This document shows, in pieces, positions 40,868 through 47,552 of a stretch of 47,552 nt of DNA. The notes under the pieces were generated by a model. The model saw nothing but the letters and a program-made list of their open reading frames with translations, did no database searches and was not told where the DNA came from. Numbering within the stretch: the stretch's first letter is position 1; each line of letters starts with the position of its first letter. Both the position numbers and the translations under genes were made by a program. Source of the stretch: a virus (Duplodnaviria; Caudoviricetes); IMG/VR virus record IMGVR_UViG_3300043414_000911, positions 1 to 47,552 of that record; one strand, written 5' to 3'.

Positions 40868-43141
40868 TTATTTTGCAAGCTTTTTCTTTTCAGCCATCGC
40901 CCGCAACTTCTGTGCTGTCTGCGCATCGCGAAGAGCCATGCGTTGTTTGGCTTCGTCTTCTTTAAGGCGCAACCTAGTCCTAGACGACTCTTGTTGAATT
41001 GCCGCATCTGCTTGAACCTTAGCCAACTTGGCGGCGTAATCTGCCTGCGCCTTCGCCTGAACATCATCAATCTGCATCTTCATTGCTTGCTCAAACTGTT
41101 GCTGTTGGGCTTTCGCCATAGCTTCCTGCTGATCTTTCTGAGCCTTTGCAATTTGATTTCCGAGAGACTGAACAGCTTGGTTCATCTTATTGATAAGCGA
41201 TTTGATTTGTCCATATGCTACTTCACGAGTGGCATCGCCCTTGATGGCCTGCAAGTGTTGCGACATGTGAGGAGTCTGCAATGAGAGATATTTGAAAGCT
41301 TCAACTGGAGGTACCGCGTTCTGGTCAAGAGCCTGCAAGAACCTAGAAGCATCCATTCCGTGAACTTGTAAGTGAACGGCGTGATTTTCGTTGGGTTGCA
41401 CGGTTACGCTTCTACCGCTCTGCATGGAGTCATTCTCAAGTTCGGCAATCTTAGCGTCGATTGGGAGACGAGGAGCAACTAACTTGGAAGGGGCATACCG
41501 ATCAACCTGATCATAACCAACACGAACGGCGACTCGATCACGGATAACATTCGCACGACCAGTTTCGTCAAGCATCGGCAACATCTGCATGAATTCGTTA
41601 AACGCCAAGAGACGAGCTTGAGCACTACCAAATCCAACAGCTTTCAACGGTGTAACGTCGTATACCTCTTTGAGAGCTTCCGGTGGAACTCCCCGCTCCT
41701 TCAAGCGTTTGTGGAAGGCTAGAGCCACAGCAGCTCCGGGCTCGTCCTGTGTCCAATTCTCCCTAGAGAGACGACGGAACTGTTCCTTGAGAAGTTTGCC
41801 CCATGGGACGTAGTAATAATTCTGAGCTTGAGTAGAGAGGACTGCTTCTTTCTCTAACTGAGCATTAACTTCGGTGGCTGTCCTGTCTCCGCTACCTGAA
41901 TCGACTGACTGAGGAGCATAGCTCCCTGTGTTGTTCCGACGAACCATCGTAAGCTCTTGAGCAATCGGAAGAGCGTTATTGGCGAGATTGGGTTCGGTAC
42001 GATCAACAATGTTTAAGTTCGGGGGGATGATTGCCATCGGTCCGTTGTAAGCAACAGTCAAATTCGCCAAGTCATCCATCGTCTGAGGCTGGATCATCAA
42101 AGAAGTCGACAACAGAGTCGAATCAATGATTGCGTTACGGAGACGATTCGTTACTTGGATATGCGGGTAAATCTTATACCCCAAACCACGGATGGAATGA
42201 AGCGTTCCGTTCGTGCCAATTCCGTAGGTAAATAATACCAAGGCTTCGTTGATCGTGCTGAAACGGCTGTCTTTCCGGTAAAGAAAGTTCAGATTAGAAC
42301 CGTCGCGAAGTCCAATGGCGTGTGTGATCGTACCGTCAAACTCTTGGATATAGTAATGGACGGTCTGGATCTCAGCAGAACGAGCATACGAAAGAGAAAG
42401 GTCATTATCCTTCAGCATGACTTGGATTTCTTCCCAATCCAAACGAACCCCGGCGGTATCCACGGGGACAGCGTTAATAATAGCCCTACGAGTTTCGTCC
42501 ACATCCCAACCAACTTGTTTAGCAACCTTCGGGTCTTTGATGTACTGGTAAAGTTCGTGAGCGTAGTAGGAACGACGGGCGCAACAGAATTCAAATCGGC
42601 TATCGGAAGCAGCTACGCCCCGAGGAACAAAAAAATCTTTTAGCCCCGCAACCTTCCAACGCCAATCGGTATCGTCCTCAAAGAAAGCAAACCCAACGCC
42701 ATAGGCCACAAACTCGTGGGATAGTCTCTGTTGGTTATAGAAGAACTCGTCCCAGTCTTTGCGGAGAACACGGTCAAACTCTTCGCTAATAATACTGCCG
42801 TAAATTCCACGTTGGTTGTCATCACCATACTTTGTCTTAATCTCCGCAATCTGAGGTACACCATTGACCAAATCTGAATAAGCCGAAAGGGCATATTCCA
42901 AGTCGGCTTGAGCCTCTAAAAAGTTTAAATTCGAACGATAAGACTGACCGAGATTCCTGAGCGTTTCGGAGTTGTAAGGAGCTTCGCCGTCGAGCATCGC
43001 TTGTACTTTGACCCGTTGCGAGGACGCAAGAAGATCCGCGTCAAGAAGACGACGATAAATTCCATAAGCTGCTTTTGCATCTTTAAGCCTTGATTTTGGT
43101 GCCTTACCTAACTCAGAAATTGTCTCAAGATTTTGGTCCAC
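40868..43141 (-). CDS. portal protein with long C-terminal coiled-coil barrel
   Basis: 757 aa after the terminase; 'RTATEV' motif; Q/A/K-rich C-terminal helix as in P22-like portals. Confidence 0.85.
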   Translation of the reverse strand: MDQNLETISELGKAPKSRLKDAKAAYGIYRRLLDADLLASSQRVKVQAMLDGEAPYNSETLRNLGQSYRSNLNFLEAQADLEYALSAYSDLVNGVPQIAEIKTKYGDDNQRGIYGSIISEEFDRVLRKDWDEFFYNQQRLSHEFVAYGVGFAFFEDDTDWRWKVAGLKDFFVPRGVAASDSRFEFCCARRSYYAHELYQYIKDPKVAKQVGWDVDETRRAIINAVPVDTAGVRLDWEEIQVMLKDNDLSLSYARSAEIQTVHYYIQEFDGTITHAIGLRDGSNLNFLYRKDSRFSTINEALVLFTYGIGTNGTLHSIRGLGYKIYPHIQVTNRLRNAIIDSTLLSTSLMIQPQTMDDLANLTVAYNGPMAIIPPNLNIVDRTEPNLANNALPIAQELTMVRRNNTGSYAPQSVDSGSGDRTATEVNAQLEKEAVLSTQAQNYYYVPWGKLLKEQFRRLSRENWTQDEPGAAVALAFHKRLKERGVPPEALKEVYDVTPLKAVGFGSAQARLLAFNEFMQMLPMLDETGRANVIRDRVAVRVGYDQVDRYAPSKLVAPRLPIDAKIAELENDSMQSGRSVTVQPNENHAVHLQVHGMDASRFLQALDQNAVPPVEAFKYLSLQTPHMSQHLQAIKGDATREVAYGQIKSLINKMNQAVQSLGNQIAKAQKDQQEAMAKAQQQQFEQAMKMQIDDVQAKAQADYAAKLAKVQADAAIQQESSRTRLRLKEDEAKQRMALRDAQTAQKLRAMAEKKKLAK

Positions 43142-43151
43142 GTTGAACTCC

Positions 43152-43180
43152 TAGATACTCAATTAGATGGGAACGGTCAA
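43152..43180 (-). promoter_or_regulatory. late promoter-like motif
   Basis: TTGACC-N17-TATCTA-N10-GTG. Confidence 0.55.
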
Positions 43181-44874
43181 GAATATAAGGAACTAGCGTT
43201 TTTGGCAAAAGACAGAAAGTCTTTGTATTTACCCCCACCTGCCACGGTAGTCCCAGCTATGGCGTTGACCCTTTGGCGGCATACGTCTAGCATCAGAAAG
43301 GCGGCATCGGCTATATCAGGCGACCTACCAAACCTAGACTTCATGTCCCGCTTGGACTCCACATATATCTTCCCCCGCTCTGCCGTGCGGTACTGCCTAG
43401 CAACCAGCTCCTTGGCTAAATCAATCGTAACTCCTCTCATCTGTCCAGCTCGCAAGAACTCCCTACCCACATACCAAAGCTCGGATACCCTGTTCCCATA
43501 GGACTCGTCAGCTTTTATCCGAGAGCTACGACTGACTGGCATACCGCTGGGTCTTTCAGAAAACTTAACCCTAAGAAGCGACGGGCTCCATATGGTGGCT
43601 ATAATATCGCAAAGAGGATCTCCCGCACCCGTAGCGTCGACGGCTAGGTATCGGGGTAGAACCCCATACTTCTCGCACTCTTGCTTTAACAACTGAGCAA
43701 TCTGATAGTTACGTGGGTTATCTTTCAGCGAGGAGTTTTCTTGAAGTTCCACGTACTTGTCAAAGTGAACTGTCATCCCGGCGTCGGTCTCCCCGTACTT
43801 ACCTAAGAACAAGACGGATCTATCCCCGCCACTTGTAAATCCAGGATCAAATCCAGCCACAGGGATTGGCTGTTTGGCTCCAACCCACATAGCTGGCTTG
43901 TGAGCTTCGAACTTACGGAGATCAGCCTCGCTGTAGATATTCTCTTCCGAACCCGCTGGGGCTGGGAAGGAACGGATAAACCGCCAGTAGGAAAGAGAGT
44001 TCTCGCCCAACCGTTTCCTATCCTCATCGAGTTTCTTCGAAGTAAGTAAGAACGGCCATTTGTCGTCGTGATCTAGGTTTGGGGTCTTCTCCCCATCCAA
44101 GTGCAGGCAGAATCCGTCTTTGGTTTCCCAGCCGCCCTCGTCTACCGTTATCGACTGCCACCCCTCTTTAGGGGTAACGAACTGACCGAAGGGGTCATAT
44201 GCTGAGTTAAAGTTACCGCAGGCCACGCATTGAAAGAATGGGTTAGCTGAAAGATTGGCCGTGGCCTCAAAGATGGCGGGAGATACGTCCGTGGCCTCGT
44301 CGATCAACAGGAACACTCGTTTGTTTTTTAGACCGAGCAACTTCTCGGAAGCTTCCTTTTCTTTGTCCTTGGCAGACGGAACAAGCGTGATACTGGATCG
44401 ATCGCTACTGCCTTCTTCCAACACAAGCTTACCCATCGAGTCGACCAACTTACCAGGCATGACCTTTGCCTGCATGTGACGCTCACGGACTCGACCCCAC
44501 ATACGCTTACGAGCTTCACGAACTGACGTGGTGGTGACCAAGACCAACGTATCGAATGGAGCAGAGTACCAGTTTACTAATCCCCACAAACCAACCACTT
44601 CAGTCTTCGCTGATGACTTAGGCCCGGAGATGCCGAGATAGTTCCACTTACAGAGTTCTATGAGTTGTTCATCTGCCCACGGATTGCGTTGAAATCCTTG
44701 CGGGTTCTTCTTTGGGTGATACGGCCACAACATTTCAACCACATTCCAGAAATGCTGTTCTTTACCAAGACCCCCTCGCTCGGGAGTCAAACCTTCTCGA
44801 AAAGCCAACAACTCAATAGTAAGTGCTGTAGCCCCTTCGGGCCACATTTGGCCATACTGCTCAATTTGGGACAT
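43177..44874 (-). CDS. terL: terminase large subunit
   Basis: Walker A variant GPKSSAKT, Walker B LLIDEA, coupling 'CGN', nuclease 'GFDPG..GGD','VDATG.G','SPDIADA'; start MSQIEQ at 44874. Confidence 0.9.
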   Translation of the reverse strand: MSQIEQYGQMWPEGATALTIELLAFREGLTPERGGLGKEQHFWNVVEMLWPYHPKKNPQGFQRNPWADEQLIELCKWNYLGISGPKSSAKTEVVGLWGLVNWYSAPFDTLVLVTTTSVREARKRMWGRVRERHMQAKVMPGKLVDSMGKLVLEEGSSDRSSITLVPSAKDKEKEASEKLLGLKNKRVFLLIDEATDVSPAIFEATANLSANPFFQCVACGNFNSAYDPFGQFVTPKEGWQSITVDEGGWETKDGFCLHLDGEKTPNLDHDDKWPFLLTSKKLDEDRKRLGENSLSYWRFIRSFPAPAGSEENIYSEADLRKFEAHKPAMWVGAKQPIPVAGFDPGFTSGGDRSVLFLGKYGETDAGMTVHFDKYVELQENSSLKDNPRNYQIAQLLKQECEKYGVLPRYLAVDATGAGDPLCDIIATIWSPSLLRVKFSERPSGMPVSRSSRIKADESYGNRVSELWYVGREFLRAGQMRGVTIDLAKELVARQYRTAERGKIYVESKRDMKSRFGRSPDIADAAFLMLDVCRQRVNAIAGTTVAGGGKYKDFLSFAKNASSLYS

Positions 44875-44932
44875 CGCCTGATGGTAACAGATTCCCCTTG
44901 GCAATCCACTCTTTTTATAAGAGATGCTTTGA
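44875..44932. promoter_or_regulatory. 58-bp divergent control region between late and replication genes
   Basis: On -: extended -10 TGtTACCAT-N6-ATG; on +: TTGGCA-N17-GAGATG-N6-ATG. Confidence 0.5.
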
Positions 44933-45433
44933 ATGGTAGCTATTGACCCAGGAGCCAGCGGAGGTATCGCATCTATAACTGTTAACGGTATGGTTGATGC
45001 TATCAAGATGCCTGAGACTGAAGGGGATGTGTTAGCAAAATTAAAGAATTTGCGGACTTATCACGATGTTATTGTCATCGAGCAAGTCGGTGGATATGTG
45101 GGCGGAGCAGGCAGTCCTGGCTCGGCAATGTTTAACTTTGGTCGTGGGTTCGGATTTATCTTAGGAGTGGCAATGACTCTGGGGTACAGAATTGAGATGG
45201 TTCGTCCGCAAGCGTGGCAGAAGGCGTTGAGCCTAGGAAACAGTAAGGGGATGGCGAGCAAGACGGAGTGGAAGAATAAACTGAAAGCCGAAGCCCAAAG
45301 AAGATTTCCAAATTTAAGCGTGACATTATCCACGGCGGATGCACTATTGATACTCGAATATGGCAGACATCACATTGTTCGAGTGGCAGAAACCGGGAGC
45401 GGAAGCGCTATTACAAAGCCTTCAGAAAAATAA
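44933..45433 (+). CDS. RuvC-like Holliday junction resolvase
   Basis: 'AIDPGASGGIA','VIEQV','SAMFNFG..FG...G','VRPQ.WQK','ADALLI'. Confidence 0.88.
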   Translation: MVAIDPGASGGIASITVNGMVDAIKMPETEGDVLAKLKNLRTYHDVIVIEQVGGYVGGAGSPGSAMFNFGRGFGFILGVAMTLGYRIEMVRPQAWQKALSLGNSKGMASKTEWKNKLKAEAQRRFPNLSVTLSTADALLILEYGRHHIVRVAETGSGSAITKPSEK

Positions 45434-46634
45434 CGTAGCTCTCGATGCCAGCGATACTGGCACGGGTAAGACGGCTAAAGCGGTTTGGTTAGCTCAACAA
45501 TTAAAAGCGGACGTTATCGTCATCTGTCCGAAAGCAGTTATCCCATCTTGGAAAGAATGGTTAGACCGAGGGGGTATAACGCATGACGTCATAAACTACG
45601 AGAAGCTCAAGACTGGAAAGACGAAGCTCGGAAAATGGAACGACGCGAAGAGTTGGGAGTGGACTTTCAGGGGAGCAAAACTTTTAATTTTTGACGAAGT
45701 CCACCGATGTAAAGGAGCCACAAGCGTTAACGCTAAGATACTTACAGGGTCTAAAAAGTACCCAGTACTGATGCTATCCGCGACAGCTGCAGAGAATCCG
45801 CTGGACATGCGAGCGACAGGCTTCATGTTGGGTCTCCATGAATACCACGACTTCTACCGGTGGAATTACAAAATGGGTTGTCGACCTGCCCCATGGGGCC
45901 GTGGTCTGGCTTTCATGGGCGGAAAGAAAATGCTACAAGAAATTCACAGATCTATTTTTCCCGAGAAAGGACACCGCATCCGAATCGCCGACCTCGGGGA
46001 CGCTTTCCCAAGCAACTCCGTGTTCGCAGAGTGCTACGACATGGGTGACGTTGACATCATATATGAAAAAATGCGGACGCAAATCTCGGAACTCAAAGCG
46101 AAAAGGTCGAGCGACAACCCGCTCACGATCAAGCTCAGGGCGAGGCAAGAAGCGGAGTTAATGCGTGTACCCGTCTTTGTTGAACTTACTGAACAGGCTT
46201 TGGCGGAGGGCAACGCAGTTGTTGCGTTCTTTAACTTCAGGCAATCACTCGAAGCCTACCAAGAACTTGTCTCGGCGGAATCAGCAGAAATCATTGGCGA
46301 TCAGAAGGATGAAGACCGTGTACAGAATATCGCGGACTTCCAAGCAAACAAAGTAAAAATATGTGCTTGCATGATTCAAGCAGGTGGTGTTGGATTGTCG
46401 CTCCATGACCTGCAAGGAGTACCAAGAATCAGTCTTATCGCGCCAACGTACTCGGCGATCGATACCAAACAGGCTCTCGGAAGAATTCATCGTGCAGGAG
46501 CTTTGTCTGCCAGTCGGCAATACTTGCTTTTCGCAAACGGAACCGTTGAAACACAAATCGCTAGGAGCCTCCGTCGAAAACTGCACAACATCGAAACACT
46601 ATCGGACGGGGACACATTAGGAGCAATACTATGA
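45360..46634 (+). CDS. SF2 (SNF2-like) helicase
   Basis: 'DTGTGKT','FDEVH','LSATA','AGGVGLSL','QALGRIHR'. Confidence 0.92.
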   Translation: MADITLFEWQKPGAEALLQSLQKNNVALDASDTGTGKTAKAVWLAQQLKADVIVICPKAVIPSWKEWLDRGGITHDVINYEKLKTGKTKLGKWNDAKSWEWTFRGAKLLIFDEVHRCKGATSVNAKILTGSKKYPVLMLSATAAENPLDMRATGFMLGLHEYHDFYRWNYKMGCRPAPWGRGLAFMGGKKMLQEIHRSIFPEKGHRIRIADLGDAFPSNSVFAECYDMGDVDIIYEKMRTQISELKAKRSSDNPLTIKLRARQEAELMRVPVFVELTEQALAEGNAVVAFFNFRQSLEAYQELVSAESAEIIGDQKDEDRVQNIADFQANKVKICACMIQAGGVGLSLHDLQGVPRISLIAPTYSAIDTKQALGRIHRAGALSASRQYLLFANGTVETQIARSLRRKLHNIETLSDGDTLGAIL

Positions 46635-47552
46635 GCCACCATAAATACGGACCAAGTTCACTCAAATGGCGTGAGATATGCCCCGGATGGGACAACGAGC
46701 CACAACCGTCAGAAGGCGGATCTATCGCCGCTCTAGAGGGGACGATGATGCACAAAGCCCTAGAGACTGGAAACTACGAAGGCTTGGATGAGTGGCAAAA
46801 AAAGAATGTGCTGATGGTGGCAGATATTTTTCAAGAGATGAAAAACGAATTAGGTCATGTGATTATGGATCTTCAAGAAATCCAATTGCAGATTGCGGAT
46901 GGAAAAACATTCGGGACCGCTGATATTGTTTTGATTGGCAGGGGCAAAGCGAAGATCGGTGACGCTAAGTTCGGATGGCATGCCGTAGATGATGCGGAAG
47001 AAAATATCCAAGGCTGGGCTTACGCGGTGGGTGTATTCGAGAAGTGGGAAGAGGTCGACGAAGTAGAGGTGGTCTTTGCACAACCCCGCATCAACATGAT
47101 CAGTAGGCATACTTTTAGTCGTGACAAAGATTACAATCGGCTTAGACTACGAGTAGAAACAATTATTGCTCGGGCTCAGCAACCGCAACCGGAGTTGAAC
47201 CCGACAGAGAAAGGATGTCTCTACTGTGGAAACAAAGGCACATGCAAAGCACTACATTCAAAAGCCCTCGTCATCAGCAAAGGATACGACATGCTCCGAG
47301 ACGCAGAGTTGCCGGTACTCGCAGACCCGCTTACTCTTGCGACTCCTGACCAGAGATCGCAGGCTGAATCCATCCGTCGCGTCATGGAGAGGTGGTGCGA
47401 CAGCGTCAAGAAATCAAATATGGACTTCCGTATGTCGGGTGGTGACATCCCAGGCTATGAACTCAAAACTCGTGCGGGGAAAAAAGAAATTGTTGACGCC
47501 ACGCAAACGTACGACATCATCAAAGACAAATTAACAGCAGAACAATTTTCAG
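46631..47552 (+). CDS. Cas4-like / DUF2800 PD-(D/E)XK exonuclease, truncated by window end (not in ORF track)
   Basis: Read by hand from ATG 46631: 'HHKYGPSS......CPG','EGT.MH','FGTAD','DAKFG','NIQ..AYA','C.YC.....C' (four-Cys Fe-S pattern). Confidence 0.85.
   Translation, partial: MSHHKYGPSSLKWREICPGWDNEPQPSEGGSIAALEGTMMHKALETGNYEGLDEWQKKNVLMVADIFQEMKNELGHVIMDLQEIQLQIADGKTFGTADIVLIGRGKAKIGDAKFGWHAVDDAEENIQGWAYAVGVFEKWEEVDEVEVVFAQPRINMISRHTFSRDKDYNRLRLRVETIIARAQQPQPELNPTEKGCLYCGNKGTCKALHSKALVISKGYDMLRDAELPVLADPLTLATPDQRSQAESIRRVMERWCDSVKKSNMDFRMSGGDIPGYELKTRAGKKEIVDATQTYDIIKDKLTAEQFS

Noticed and set aside
44875-45006. N-terminal extension of terL in the ORF track
   Set aside because: Overlaps the divergent resolvase gene; ATG 44874 has a better-placed promoter-like element.
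46631-47552. Cas4-like nuclease as a sign of a CRISPR system
   Set aside because: No repeat-spacer array or other cas genes seen; solo Cas4-like nucleases next to helicases are normal in phage replication modules.
1-47552. Stop-codon recoding or a diversity-generating retroelement
   Set aside because: Standard-code ORFs tile the window densely using all three stops; no reverse transcriptase or template/variable repeat pair was noticed.

Overview
The window is most of the genome of a tailed dsDNA phage with podovirus-type (P22/T7-like, short-tail, ejectosome) architecture. It has three blocks. (1) 20-6183, + strand: early/accessory genes (rIIB-like, GP88-like, two paralogous cytosine-methyltransferase-like genes, many small ORFs with GAAAGGA ribosome-binding sites). 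(2) 6167-44874, - strand: the late operon, reading terminase large subunit, portal, scaffold, a glycosyltransferase/FkbM methyltransferase/glycosyltransferase cassette, a structured non-coding leader, major capsid protein, capsid accessory and fibre genes, lysis cassette, free-standing PD-(D/E)XK endonuclease, nozzle, RCC1 fibre, duplicated adaptor, ejection proteins including a 3307-aa giant protein, a GH24 lysozyme and small basic proteins. (3) 44933-end, + strand: RuvC-like resolvase, SF2 helicase and a truncated Cas4-like nuclease. The most notable observations are a glycan-building and methylating cassette embedded in the head module, a sigma-70-like region 2/4 module plus zincin domains inside the giant ejected protein, a recurring TTGnCn-N17-(T/G)AnnTA promoter-like motif often 6-7 nt from the start codon, a pseudoknot-capable leader before the capsid gene, a tandemly duplicated tail adaptor and a coiled-coil unimolecular-spanin-like protein. 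All calls come from motif recognition and synteny by eye; no searches were run. A diderm host, possibly Verrucomicrobia/PVC, is inference only. No tRNA, rRNA, CRISPR array or integrase was seen.
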